A DNA stretch of 63,246 bases, filler included, from Octopus bimaculoides (GCF_001194135.2; 4 parts of 4 records of this genome joined end to end with filler, not necessarily neighbours in it), one strand, 5' to 3'; counted from the first letter of the whole stretch, positions 36,291 through 50,350 are shown. Numbers and translations: made by a program. The notes: generated by a model from the sequence alone, not told the origin.

Positions 36291-37159
36291 GGTAACATTT
36301 CCATGTTATTTGTGACTTCTCTGACTCTAAGATGATTTCCGTCTTCAGTGCCCTCATTTCTCTATTTGAAACGATATTCGGCCTTCCAGGACAAGGTTTC
36401 ACACGACCCTGTCCTTCCTGAAACATTTTGACAATATTACTATGAGTCAGATGATTTACCTTAAAAAAATCTTTATTTCACAGTTCGACTTTCCGCACTG
36501 ATTATTTGCCCTTGTTATTATTTGCCCTTGTTTGAACTAGCTAATACTGTACTTGCTTTCATTTTCATCATGAAATATCATTTGAAAAATCTATTAATCT
36601 GCTCAAGATGAGAGAGAATTGAACATAAAATGCAAGGAACATGCTGCAAATTATGAAATCTCAAAAATTCAGAGTGGTTAAAAATTTATTGTAGGACACT
36701 GTAGGAGTCGACATTACTACTGTTTTTAACCCCAGAAGGGACGAACTTCTTCCAGCTGGTTATCGATGCAATCTGTACCTGATATATATTGCAACAGTGG
36801 GTGATGGAAAGTAGGCTACACCCGTCCGCTAGAGATAGCAATAATTCGCTCCAGCTCGCAATATATAGAAAAATAAGCGACAATAAGTCACTGATTTTGC
36901 AACAAGCAAAATAGTTAGAAAATTTCTATAAGAGATGTGTGTGTATACACACACACAACTATGAATGCCTCGCATCTTATATAGCAGAAACAGCTCTAAG
37001 CTAATGGAACTAAAGGATCTTTTATTTCCTTGTTATATATACATATATAATTTCTTATTTCCTTGTCATACGTACACAAATGACACTTAGTTCTGAAGAA
37101 TATGTGTATTGAATTCTAACATCAGGTTATTAGTATCGCTATGCCTAAGCATAGAGATA

Positions 37160-37294
37160 TTAATAACGGAGAACACTCAGTCCGTCCTCCAATGAAGAGC
37201 GTGGTTATCCGCGTGAAACGATGCGAAATATAGGACTCAGTGAACATTGACACTTCGAATGCACATTGCAGCTCCGGAACCGCATCCTGTCGAG
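37160..37294 (+). pseudogene. Diverged 5.8S rRNA-derived pseudogene
   Basis: cactcagtccgtcctccaatgaagagcg...gcgtgaa...ggactcagtgaacattgacacttcgaatgcacattgcagc aligns colinearly with recalled metazoan 5.8S; no 18S or 28S alongside. Confidence 0.8.
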
Positions 37295-37307
37295 ATATTT
37301 TGCTAGT

Positions 37308-37525
37308 GGAGGCGCATAGCTTAGTTGTCAGGGTGTTGGACTCGTGATTGTAAGATTCTGGTTTCGATTCTTAGACCGTGGATGCGTTGTATTCTTGAGC
37401 AATGCATTTAATTCCACGTTGCTCCAGTCCACTCCGCTGGTAAAAATGAGTAACCCTGTGACTGACCTACGTCCAGGGAGGAAGATATAAGTTAGAGAAA
37501 CCTGGAAACTGTCCCTATTCTCCTT
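37308..37525 (+). mobile_element. SINE, head C + tail Y (diverged)
   Basis: ggaggcgcatagcttagttgtcagg...gctccagtccactc...cgtccagg...gaaacctggaaac. Confidence 0.75.
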
Positions 37526-37545
37526 ATGGAGTGTGTGTGTGTATC

Positions 37546-37577
<32 letters not shown>

Positions 37578-38057
37578 TGTAAAATAAGAAAAGAAAGCGT
37601 TTCCCCTTTATGTTTCAGTGATTATTATTAGTCAAATTATTTCAAGATTACGGATTCCATAGTCCAGTGTAAACTTTCTAAATACCTAATTAAAATCTCC
37701 AAATTCCATAATTACAAAAATACGTCGAAGTGCATAATTTGAAACCGGTTTCACTTTTTACAGAAGATATTTCATACAATGTACGTGTGTAATAGCTTGC
37801 TACTAGCCTTCATTTAACATACAGTGCATCTACCAGAAGGAGCCCTATTATAGACTCACTTGGAAACAACGGATGTAATACTGTATGTGTTATCAGATAC
37901 AAATTAAAATAAGTAGGTAATTTTTTGTATTTTTAATTATTAAAATATATAAGTGGAAATATAACTTACAAAAATTAAAAATGAATTAGAAATGGGCATC
38001 AGTTTTTTTGTTAATCGAAACTTGGTTTATATTAATAAAAATAATAATAATAATAAT

Positions 38058-40230
38058 GATAATTTTATTCCGTCCGTTTAATTCCGTCCGTTTAAATTCT
38101 GCGCAAGTACTCCACCTTAAATTTTTCTGTTATTTCTTTCTCCATCAATTTATCCATTTCCAATATCCCCAAGTATTTATATCCCGTCTCTTCTATCTGT
38201 TTCATAACCTCCCCCGACGGTATCGTTAGCCAGTCCATACATTTGATTTTGCCTCTCTTCAAGACTAACACACTTTCTCAGTCCGAACTCCGAACTTCAT
38301 TCTGATATCAGCATTGAAGGTATCAACAAGGGAACTGGCTTGGGTTTCATCTTTATCATAAAGTTTGAGGTCATCCATGAATAACAAATGGTTGACTTTT
38401 TGTTGGCGACTTTTGAATACATATCCAGCTTTTGCTTTCCTCAGAATCTGTGTTAGTGGTATCAAGCACAGTACAAAGATCTGTGGGGGGGGGGGGAGGC
38501 AGTCCCCTTGGAAGATGCCTCTCCTAATTTCTACTGTCTCTAAACTTCTTCCGTATGCTATCAGGTCCGTCCTCCAATTCGCTATACTTTTTCCAAGCAA
38601 TCGCTCAACATTCGATACGCTACAAAATAGGTTCATACATTCCATAATCCAAGAATATAGGATCATATCCTACGCCTTACGATAGTCGATCCATGACATG
38701 GCTAAGTTACTTTTCCTCCTCTTGCAGTCTCTAAGTACAGTTTTGTCTATCAGGAGTTGATCCTTGGTACCTCTGCACTTATGCTTGCAACCCTTCTGCT
38801 CATGTGGCAGGACTCCATTTTGCCCCCCAGATGTTCGTACATTGACTCTGCGAGTATTCCAGTCAATAACTTCCACATAAGTGGCAAACAGGATATCAGC
38901 CTGTAATTGTCTACCGTATTGCCTTTTTTGATGTTTTTTTTAGGCACAGTACTGTCCTACCCAATGTCAACCACTCTGGTGTTACTTGGTCGGTATTTAA
39001 CAAGGTGTTGAGTTGCGCAGCTATTCGTGCATGTGATTCACTAAATCTTTTGATCCAGTAGCCTTGAACTCCATCTGGTCCTGGGGCCTTCTAGTTGCTC
39101 ATTTTTTTGCTGGGGGTAATCGCATGGATAGTAGACGAACTAAACAGCCTAGACAGAAAGACAAGGAAGTTGCTAACTAGATATGAGTCACTCCACCCAA
39201 TAAGTGACACAGACAGACTGTATGTACCAAGAAAAAAGGGGGAAGAGGACTTATTGGATGCGAACACAGCATTAGAGCAGAAGAAAACAACATAGCATGG
39301 TATGTAAAAAATGCCACAGAACCGCTATTATAAGAAGTAAGGTCAGGCTTGCGTAGGATGAAAGATTGTAAAGATAAAGCACTATACAAGAAATTGAAAA
39401 CGAATGAAACTGAAAATAGGTGGGTAAAGAAAAGAATGCCTGGTCAGTTTCATAGGGATGTTGAAGATAAGACAAACAGAGAAAAAAGTTGGCTGTAGAT
39501 GACTAAAAGTGATTTAAAACCGGAAACCGTGGCTCTAATCTGTGCTGACCAAGAGCAAGCACTAAGAAAAATCTACATAAAATACAACAGAAAGTGATAA
39601 GTGCAGAATAGGTGGACAAAACGGTGAAACCGTATGGCATATTACCAGCCAATGTACGCCATTAGCCCAGAAGGAATATAAGAGACGCCACGACAATATA
39701 GCCAGGCTTGACCATTGGACACTTTGCAACAAGTATGGACTTGACGGAGCAAAAAATTGGCACGACCACTAACCTGAAGGTATCGTCGAAAATAGAAATT
39801 CAAAGATCCTATGAGATTTTATGATTCAGTGCGACCATGAGATAGAGAATAGGAAGACGGACATAGTCTTGAGAAAGAAAACAAACTAGATAGATATAGC
39901 ATGCCCAGCTGACAACAAAGTATGCGATAAGGAAAAAAAAAGTCGAGAGACATGACAGGTTAGCTTGGGAAGTTAAGCAGTTGTGGTCGATGAAAAAGGT
40001 AGCAGTAGCACCAATAATTGCCGGAGCCCTGGGAACACTGAGCAAAAATCTCGAGAAGCACGTGGAACCAATAGGGGCTGCAATAAGGGTAGAGCACTTG
40101 CAGAAAACAGCACTGCTTGGAACCGCTCGAATACTCCGGAAGGGGCTCAAAAAATAAGAGGCGTTACCTTAGTTCAATGGTAGTGTACAGCTGACACCAT
40201 AGTACATATCTAGCGTTAGAAGCTGTGCAA
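38058..40230. mobile_element. Dong/R4-like RLE LINE with an inverted 5' part (38058-39096 minus, 39097-40230 plus)
   Basis: Minus: KAPGPDG, EQKGC...[37 protein letters not shown]. Plus: LYVPRKKG, ETVWHITSQC...RHDNIA, DIACPAD, IIAGALG. Confidence 0.9.
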
Positions 40231-40707
40231 ANNNNNNNNNNNNNNNNNNNNNNNNNNNNNNNNNNNNNNNNNNNNNNNNNNNNNNNNNNNNNNNNNNNNN
40301 NNNNNNNNNNNNNNNNNNNNNNNNNNNNNNNACTGGAATGAAACTACACTCCAAGTACTGTTCTGTCTTTCTTTCTTTTTTTAAGCGCATCACACTCACT
40401 CTCACTTTATACTATATCTCTCCGCCTATGGATATAATAATCGATTCCTTTACTATTTCTGTCTCCGATGAAGGGAAGTACTGGATCTTCCCAGAAACAG
40501 CTGTAAGACTCTATCCATAAAATATATTTCCAACTTTACCATTGCTCTCTTTATCTTTTTATATATGTATACATACACACGCTTATACACGACTTATAAT
40601 CCCCAATCCTGTTTATACAACGACCGGGGCAAAACTAGTCGGTATACAGCACTTACTCGGTATTACCTGTATCCTCTTGGGTTTGGTTAAATCCAATACC
40701 CTCCTCA

Positions 40708-40742
<35 letters not shown>

Positions 40743-40994
40743 CTTGTTGCAGTCATTAGACTACTGCCATGCTGGAGCACCACCCTGAAAGTCATATCGT
40801 TAGTAGTTCATATATCCGAAAAAGGAGCACACACTTAAACATTAGAACAACAATATATTTCTTAGGAAGTTGATTGTCGTGGTCACTCACTGACCAACCA
40901 TAACAATCAACATCCTAATATATATAGTCTTTTATATGCTTCAGCCCTGCGGCTGTGGCAATGCTGGGGCACCGCCAGTACATATTTATATATA

Positions 40995-43694
40995 TAGTAA
41001 TGCCACGATATACGAGTGAATTTCTTTCCGTACACCACTTGTAAAGCAAAAACTCTTAAAGCAGAGCAATAATTTTCCATAGTAGCAATGTTATAAATCG
41101 TAGTTCGTTCCCAGAAAAATCCTTTTTTCATCGACAGTGTCCTTTTCCTCTTCTATTGTAGCTTGCTCTTGCATAGCAATAAGGTCTTCGTTGGTGAGTT
41201 TGTCACCAGGTGATTGAAGCAGCTCATCTATGTCATTTGCGTATACGCTGAGATTCAATTCGGTTGCCAGGTTTACAATTTCTTCCATTTCATTTTATAC
41301 ATTTCCTTGTAGTGGTTCAAAACCTTCAAAGTCAATAAAAAAAATATCGAGGGCAAAGTCTTTTTTTCCCAACGCACTTTATATGCTCTTGAGTGATATT
41401 ATCCCACGCGTTTCCTATAATCTTTATTGCGGTATAAATGTTGCGATTTTTCCAGAATTCCACTACATTTGGTCCCTTTTCTTTGTCTGTTTCTTCATTC
41501 AGCATTGCAAATGTTTAGCATAAATAATGGGCTTTAAAGGTTGCAATAACACCCTGGTCCTTTGGTTGCAAAAGTGATGTATTCGGAGGCAAAAGAATAA
41601 CTTTAACATTAGGATGGAGATATTGCAGAACTGGAGGGTAGCCAGGTGCATTACCAATAAGCAACATTGCATGAAATGGAAGTTCGTTCTTATCACAATA
41701 CTAGGTATGATCAGTAAGTATCCGGACTGTTACCATAGTAACGAAGTTAAAACACACAGAGTAAAACCACATGGCAGAAATTGATCTTGAACTCTGTTTT
41801 GCATGCGCACTAAGTTTTAACATTCTAGCTCACTTCCGCTGTTTACAGCAGTGCTTCGAAGGAAGGTGTGTGGTGTGTGATCGTCGCATTGACCATGACA
41901 GAGAAAGTTGTCATGGTGATACCTGCTCAGAGGTGTATGTAAAGTTGCAGAAAGTGTATGGAGAGAAGTGTATGAGCTGCAAAGAAATGTACGAGTGGTT
42001 CAGACGTTTCCAAGATGGCCGAAAAAATGTCGATATTGCCGAAAATTCTGGGAGACCCGCAACCAGCAGAACTGAGAAAGCATTGCAGATGTGCATGCAG
42101 CTGTGAGGAGAAATCGTCGAATCAACATCCGTGAGTTATCAGAAGATGTGCTGATTAGTTACTGTTCCCATTCAGTTCAATATCACTGAAGATTTGGGTA
42201 TGAGACGTGTGTCTGCCAAGTTTGTGCCAAAACTGCTTTCAGCTGACGAAAAAGACATTCGGGTTTCAGGTGCACAAAATCTCCTTGGTTGTGTCGAGAA
42301 CGATGAAAACTTTTTGAAAACTTTTTGAAAACTTTGCGAAGACCACTGAGCAGGTATCGCCAAGCTTTTGGCAAAATTTGATGCAGATTCTCCTTGTCGT
42401 GGTTAATGCGACAATGACACACTATACACGTTCCTTCCAAGCACTGCTGTAAACAGCGGAAATGAGCTCCAACGTTAAAACTTAGTGCACATGCACAGCA
42501 GTGTTTAACGTCAATTTGTGCCAAGCAATTTCACTCTCTGTGCTTTAGCTCCGTTACAATGGCAACAGTTCTGATACTTATTGATCAAACCACGTACCGT
42601 TACAAAGTAATATGAAGACCATTCTTCAAATAATGCTGTCGTAACCATAGCTTTTTTTATTTGATTTCCATGCGACTGGAAGTGTACTTTTTCAGCTCGA
42701 TAAACTAATATTGGTTTTAATCTTAAATTCTCAAATGCATTTCCTCCAAATAATAAAGTTAGTCGATCTTTTACAGCAATGTCACTTCTGGATTGCATAC
42801 GTTTTCAGAAAAATCCCGTGTCCTCGACATTAAAAATCAGTTGTGACATGTAGCCCCTTCAGTTATTTCTGCCAATGTTTCTGGAAATTTTTCTGCTGCA
42901 TCGATATCAGCGCTTGATGCTTCTCCTTGCACTTTGACGGAATGCCACCCACATCAATTTTTAAATCGATCAAATCACCCTCTGCTTGCAACAAAAGTTT
43001 CCTTTGTGTCACCTTTCATTTCTTTAACTGAAAAGAGACAATGCATGGCTACAAATCGACACTTGATTAGCATTCATATGTATCTATTGTGATTTGTCAC
43101 TTATCCACGCATTTAAGAGTTTATTTTTCCATTTCTGGAATAATGCTTGAAACATCTCTTTTACGAGCCCAGGTCAATTGCAAACGCTGCGCATTTTTGA
43201 CTTAAGATAAATAATTTTATTTTTATTTGAGAATTGTGCATACAGTTGACGATTTAAGTGAAAATTTGTCACAAATATTTTTCACGGTTGTTCCACCATA
43301 GTGCATCTTTACAAATCTTTTCCAAAGCGATAGGTTTTCCTTTCTTTTTGTTCCCATCAGTGTCCGTTGTACATTTTCGTTTTGACATATCGTGTTGGTT
43401 TTTAAAATGCCGAAAATAATAGTGTAAATACACGTATACAATATAAAATATGGGGCAGGTACAATTAGCATAAGCTAATTGTACACACGCAAACTAAGAC
43501 ACTGAAAGTTTATGCCGTCATTATAATGCGTCACTGTATGCAGCTGTGTAGACGCGTCAGAACCAGTTTTGCCACATGTTGCGACGCTGGCACATGCAGA
43601 AAACGGCTATTTCACCATTTTATATTTATCATACTATAAAACTCGCAAACCTGAGTTTACGTAAAGCGGGTCCTTGTAAGGTGAGGTATTACTG
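40995..43694 (-). mobile_element. Decayed Tigger/pogo-type DNA transposon
   Basis: KDRLTLLFGGNA, LLIGNAPGYP, LLPPNTSLLQPKDQGVIATFKAHY; TIR-like ends (tagtaatgcc / ggtattactg). Confidence 0.85.
41701..42594 (+). mobile_element. Internally deleted mariner element nested in the Tigger
   Basis: TA at 41699-41700 and 42595-42596; about 200-bp imperfect inverted ends; EWFRRFQDGR...SGRP, EDLGMRRVSAKFVPKLL. Confidence 0.9.
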
Positions 43695-43764
43695 CATATA
43701 TATATGCATAAATACATACATACATACATACATACATACATGCATGCATGTATGTGTGTGTGTA

Positions 43765-43950
43765 TTCTTTTATTCTTTTATTTGTTTCAGTCATTTGACA
43801 GCGCCCATGCTGGAGCACCGCCTTCATTCGAGCAAATCGACTCCAGGGCTTATTCTTTGTGAGCCTACTACTTTTTCTATCGGGTTCTTTTGCCGAACTG
43901 CTAAGTTACGGGGTCATAAACACACCAGCATCGGTTGTCAGGTTGTCAAC
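43765..43950 (-). mobile_element. Family-B SINE, 3' half
   Basis: tgtttcagtcatttgacagcgcccatgctggagcaccgcc. Confidence 0.8.
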
Positions 43951-44072
43951 CCCACCACACACACACAAAATATATATACATATGTACACATTAAAAAAAT
44001 ACATAGATAACTAAATGAATATTATATTTATAGTTTTAATTGTGAATATATATATATATATATATATATATA

Positions 44073-44172
44073 NNNNNNNNNNNNNNNNNNNNNNNNNNNN
44101 NNNNNNNNNNNNNNNNTTAATTAATTAANNNNNNNNNNNNNNNNNNNNNNNNNNNNNNNNNNNNNNNNNNNN
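44073..44172. other. Artificial scaffold-join spacer
   Basis: 44 N + TTAATTAATTAA + 44 N. Confidence 0.95.
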
Positions 44173-44299
44173 ATATAATATAATTTATATCTTTATATAT
44201 ATATATGTACATACATTTCTATCTATACACACACACACAAACATATATACATACATACATACTTACAGCTTCTATACTCAGATTATAAACTGCCGTTAA

Positions 44300-44475
44300 T
44301 CCCAGAACAATTGGTCTTTTTGGTTTTGTTGGTAAATCTCTACGTGACCATCTGGATAAGCTAGGGTTTTCACAAAAAGAGATCATCCAACTAACACAAT
44401 CACACACATAAAAAGAGATACAACCTGTCAGCGGAACAGTGTAAATATGCAAGTCTATTCTGAAGTTCGAAATGT
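44300..44475 (+). mobile_element. 3' end of an RLE-type LINE ORF
   Basis: RTIGLFGFVGKSLRDHLDKLGFS...SGTV*ICKSILKF. Confidence 0.5.
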
Positions 44476-44947
44476 GACATTGTTTTTGTGAGTTACATTC
44501 CAACAATGGAGCGATGTACATTTGTAAGAAATCAGCCTTTTCCGGGCAGCAAGAATTCAGGTAATTAAAAAGTAGAAGAACTCAAATACACAATGCATAC
44601 GCATATACATGATGATGGCTGCCCCCTCGTTATCGAGTATGGCCATTGCACGAAGCTTAACATGTTGTTATCGTGCAGTGCCTGTGCAAGAATATTTTTT
44701 TTTTTAAGTGAGGAAAGGCTTTGCACTCACTGAGTCAATCCCACTCACTAAGCAACAACAACCATAACCCGAAAAGAAGAACAACTCAACATCATCGGTA
44801 ACCACTGAGCCGCAGGTTTTATGTCGGAGTTATCCNNNNNNNNNNNNNNNNNNNNNNNNNNNNNNNNNNNNNNNNNNNNNNNNNNNNNNNNNNNNNNNNN
44901 NNNNNNNNNNNNNNNNNNNNNNNNNNNNNNNNNNNCTCATACACCTT

Positions 44948-44992
<45 letters not shown>

Positions 44993-45678
44993 GTCTTGGA
45001 ACTTATTAACTTTGTAAAAAAAAAATGCATTTTCTTTCATTTTATCCATGAATTACGTATTTTTGGTTTGTTATTGTCGTTCATTTAATCATGTATTTAT
45101 TAATATTATCAGATGACATTTGTGAAAATGCCCAAAACACAAAAAGATAAGGCCTTTTCTGAATGGATACTATAACACCCAACACACTATTATTTCATTT
45201 AAACAAAGTGATCAATCTATTTTGCCGCCATTGTTCTATCGTCTGCTACGCTTGAGAACAGTAAAATTCAATTGTTTTAGTCGCTCTTCGACATTCATTG
45301 GCAATTTTCCAGTGGGAAGGAGAGAAAAAATAAAATATTCATTTGTATTTAATGTATGCATATATGTAATGTGTATACATTAGTGTCTGTATGCATTTAT
45401 ATTTTCGCATGTATACCAATGAATTTCTTTCTGCTTTCGGGCACTTATTTCTTTGCATCTGTCTGCCCCTTAGTCTGCCCCTCTCTCTTTCTCTCTCTAT
45501 CCCTCATCTGCAGACAGATGCAAAGATATAAGAGCCCGAAAGCGAAAAGAAATGCACTGATATACATGCGAAAATATAAATGCGTATATATATATAAATA
45601 TCTACACGCACAAACGCACCAATGTATATATGGTCATACGCACACACATACATATATATGTATATATATATACACACA

Positions 45679-45758
<80 letters not shown>

Positions 45759-48700
45759 AATGAACAGATCAATACATACATACATACATACATACATACA
45801 TTCATACCTGGTTATATACATACCTCTCTACGTACTAGAGTTTGTCTCTGATACCAAACTCGAAACGTGTACTTTTAACAATCCAAAAGTATTAATTGAT
45901 GGAAGTTATATATAACATATATAAGCCTTCTTTTCACCAGCCTCTCATAATATATTTTTTCTGTTGGCTTTCATATACAAATCTTAGGCTTACATCGAAT
46001 GCCTATGAACTGAGACTCAGCCAAATTCAAGAGGGTACACCTTTATTCATTTTAATTCAATGCAATTCCTGAAAGGTTGTCTGAAATTTTAGGGACTATT
46101 AGAAATGTGTTGAATAGAAGGACCTAAATATTTAGTAAATGAGAGGAAGTCACTGGTAAAAATGATCGATGCCTTACATGAAATTAAACCTATGCATATA
46201 CTTCCTGTCTCTTGCTTTTTTCAAATCAGGGACGTGGTTCACAGGTTGTTCATTGAGTGAGATCTGTGGAAACTATGTGGAACTTTGAGTATTACAAGAC
46301 TGAGTTGAAGAAGTGTCCTCAAGAATAACGCTGGGACTGTTAAAAAAAAAGCATCGATATGGCTCTGGGTGAGAGAGGGTGAACGGTGGGGGTTAGTAGG
46401 ATGCCGCGTGGATACGGTTCTAAGTTTGAGCAAAACATATGCCAGGCCTTGTGGACGAAGGTTTATGTTGTAAGTGTCGAAACACTCTGTCAACCCAGGA
46501 TACGACAGTGACGATGTCTCTAACTATTGCATCTGTAAACGTATGCTACGCTCACTCACTCTCTTTGATATCTATCTGTCTATCTATCTATCTATTTATC
46601 TATATATATATATCTATATCTATATATATATATATATATATATNNNNNNNNNNNNNNNNNNNNNNNNNNNNNNNNNNNNNNNNNNNNNNNNNNNNNNNNN
46701 NNNNNNNNNNNNNNNNNNNNNNNNNNNNNNNNNNNNNNNNNNNNNNNNNNNNNNNNNNNNNNNNNNNNNNNNNNNNNNNNNNNNNNNNNNNNNNNNNNNN
46801 NNNNNNNNNNNNNNNNNNNNNNNNNNNNNNNNNNNNNNNNNNNNNNNNNNNNNNNNNNNNNNNNNNNNNNNNNNNNNNNNNNNNNNNNNNNNNNNNNNNN
46901 NNNNNNNNNNNNNNNNNNNNNNNNNNNNNNNNNNNNNNNNNNNNNNNNNNNNNNNNNNNNNNNNNNNNNNNNNNNNNNNNNNNNNNNNNNNNNNNNNNNN
47001 NNNNNNNNNNNNNNNNNNNNNNNNNNNNNNNNNNNNNNNNNNNNNNNNNNNNNNNNNNNNNNNNNNNNNNNNNNNNNNNNNNNNNNNNNNNNNNNNNNNN
47101 NNNNNNNNNNNNNNNNNNNNNNNNNNNNNNNNNNNNNNNNNNNNNNNNNNNNNNNNNNNNNNNNNNNNNNNNNNNNNNNNNNNNNNNNNNNNNNNNNNNN
47201 NNNNNNNNNNNNNNNNNNNNNNNNNNNNNNNNNNNNNNNNNNNNNNNNNNNNNNNNNNNNNNNNNNNNNNNNNNNNNNNNNNNNNNNNNNNNNNNNNNNN
47301 NNNNNNNNNNNNNNNNNNNNNNNNNNNNNNNNNNNNNNNNNNNNNNNNNNNNNNNNNNNNNNNNNNNNNNNNNNNNNNNNNNNNNNNNNNNNNNNNNNNN
47401 NNNNNNNNNNNNNNNNNNNNNNNNNNNNNNNNNNNNNNNNNNNNNNNNNNNNNNNNNNNNNNNNNNNNNNNNNNNNNNNNNNNNNNNNNNNNNNNNNNNN
47501 NATATATATATATATATACACGTATACGTATATAATTTTCTTTTTATCTTTTATCTGTATTAGTGATTGCAGTTCGGCCATGCTGGTGCACCCTCTTGAG
47601 GAGTTTGATTGTACAAATTGACTTGTTAAATGAACCTATATGTAATTGAATATTCGTAGAATATTCATCCTTAACATCCTTCCCAAATCGAATTTGTGTG
47701 TCGTACAATCTATGATAAGCTGGCTTCCTTGAATTAGAGCTTACAGCAGTCACGGGCAATCTTTGGCCCATGAGACTTTCTGAACGGGAAGCCTGACAAA
47801 AAGTTGTCTTCAATATGTTTAATAGAACTGCCCGCCAAACGCTGTGTACGGCCCGCTTCTTGTAAAAGAAGTTTAACCGTGCCTGAATTAGAGGTACAAT
47901 TTATTTGATGCGCGTCCAGTTGCATTTATACTCCTTTAGTCGATCTGGGGCTATTGTAAAGATACACGACCATGATGCGACGCAGTGAGATCGAACCTTC
48001 GACCTCTTGCTTGATGAGGAAACAAAATATTACGCCTCTATATGTATGTATGTCTTTGAGTTTGTGTTTCTCCTCCGCCACTGCTTACAGTCGGCGTTGG
48101 TTTATTTTCGTTCTCATAGCTTGATAGTTTTTGCAAAAAGTGCGTGACAAGAATAAGAAGCCGGATCAGAAATAGGACGATTTGTGGGACTAAACCGGTC
48201 AAGGCATTACCGCCACAACATCGCCACAGTGTAGTGACTGAAACAAATAAGAGATAACAGATAAAGTACACACACACACACGAACGTATATGTATACGCA
48301 TGGAGACATACATGCATATACATATATTATTTGCACATATGTACGTATATATATTTACATATCTATCATCTATAAATATGTATATATGTACACACACACA
48401 GACACATACACGCGTGCACATATATATAATGCGCGCGCGTGTGTGTGTGTGTGTATTGTATGGAAATAGCTCTGAGAATTTGTAAATAAGTATGCGAAAT
48501 AAGCAAGGCGGGTGGTGGGGGTAAAGATTCGGAGAATGAAAGCTATCTGATTCCAACAATATCTCATGATATGCGCGAGCACACACGTGTGTCTTATACT
48601 CCCACACAGGGCTCACACGCTTAACGGAATTCCTTCCTCGCTAAGAAATAAAAATAAAATCACGTCTACCCAAGAACGCTAATCTGTTGGTTGGTACAAT

Positions 48701-49974
48701 GACATCCACTCCTTGCCCCTTAGCGAAATGAACCTCAGTTCTGCTGAACCATATGTTTGTTGTTTTGAATGTGTTCAGTATTTATAATGCTAAATGTCTT
48801 TTTGAGTTGTTTTATGCAGCATATTTTACACGCCTCGTCGGTGATTTGTATATTTCTTATGAACTAACAACTACTTAGCGACTTTTTTTTTTCAATCTTT
48901 TATCTTTTATTTGTTTCAGTCGTTGCACCACGTCCATGCTGGAACACCGCTTTGGAATGTTGAAAAGTGCTGGGATCGATTTGTCTGTTCTCGATACTCA
49001 TGAGCATTTTTTTTTCTTAAAATCTGATATTTATTTTATCGGTCTGTTTTGCCGAACTGTTAAGGTACGTCGTCGACATAACCAACAAACCAACACCGGC
49101 TGCCAAGCGGCAACGGGGAGACGAACATATACATACATGAACACTTACATACATACATGCACACATACACACACACAATACACACATACATACATACATA
49201 CATACATACATACATACATGCACACATCCATGTATATGGGTATGTACGCATTTATGCATGCATACATGTATGTATGTATGTATCTATACGCATGTGTTTG
49301 TCCACGTGTGTATCGGTGGCGATTTTCCTCCTCCTTCTTCCCTTCCTTTGGACTTTCCTTTATTTCTGACGAAGAGCTTGGTTCGAAACGTTAAATTCTC
49401 TTTCCTTCCTTTCCTGAGCATCTGATAGTACATTACTTGGACCACGTCCTCGCGTTATTGTTTTTTCTTGTTTGTTCTTCTTTGTTTGGATTCACTATAT
49501 ATAGACCTCATATTTTCTACGACCACTATTATAGCGCTAGTGGAGTTAAACAGATGGTAAAGATACTTTCATGTACCTAATGTTTGGACAACATGTGTGT
49601 GTTTTTACAACTTTAACCAATCTGCAAAATGTGGGAGGTTTTTGCCGCACCTAGGAATTCTATCATATCTATATGTGTTTCTTGCTTATCGCTACGTTCA
49701 TATTTAGAAATCAGATTGTTTCATGGCTTCAGTTTTTTTCTTAGGCTACAGGAAATGATACACAAAATAGTTATTTTCCACGTCTTTAAAACCCAATTAT
49801 TCTTGATTTGCAATTGTTTGGCAAGTGATTCGCTCTCGTATCGATTATTGATAGGAGAACAAATATTTGCATTTCGACAGACATTATAAAAATAGCGCAG
49901 GATTCTCCCACGATGCAGTCTTAGATTGTAAAAATGGCCACCGCTGACCATGTTTCTACTACAACGCAAGCATG

Positions 49975-50350
49975 TTTGTGTGGTTAAGAAGCTCAATTTG
50001 AAAGCATATGGTTCTGGGTTCGGTTCCACTATGCGGTATCATTGGTCAAGTGTCTTCTACTATAGCCTCTGTCCGACCAATATCTAGTGAGGGAATCAGA
50101 CGGAAACTGTGTAGAATCCCGTCGTACCCCCATACACACAGGAGTGTGGTAAGTAGCTTTGCTTACCAACCACATGGTTGCGGGTTCAGTCGTACTGCGT
50201 GGAACCTTGGGCAAGTATCTTCTACTATAACTTCGGGCCGACCAAAGCCTTGTGAGTGGAATTGGTAGACGGAAACTGAAAGAAGCCCGTCGTATGTGTG
50301 TGTGTGCGTCGTTGAAGATCGCAGTCAGATGACTGAAACAAGTAAAATAC
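49975..50350 (+). mobile_element. Two tandem family-B SINE heads
   Basis: gtggttaagaagctc...caagtgtcttctactatagcc, then gtgtggtaagtagctttgcttacc...gtagacggaaactgaaagaagcccg. Confidence 0.8.

Noticed and set aside
36686-36883. Unique sequence with short ORFs on both strands
   Set aside because: No recognisable domain and no partner exons.
46229-46320. TWFTGCSLSEICG as a terminal ZDHHC exon
   Set aside because: Wrong phase, early stop and beyond two artificial joins; another frame looks more like a decayed LINE zinc-knuckle.
47745-47882. 138-nt minus-strand segment with AG/GT ends, open in two frames
   Set aside because: It contains a cagtcacgggcaatctttggccc TIR-like start and ggcccgc motifs typical of hAT MITEs; no homology recognised.
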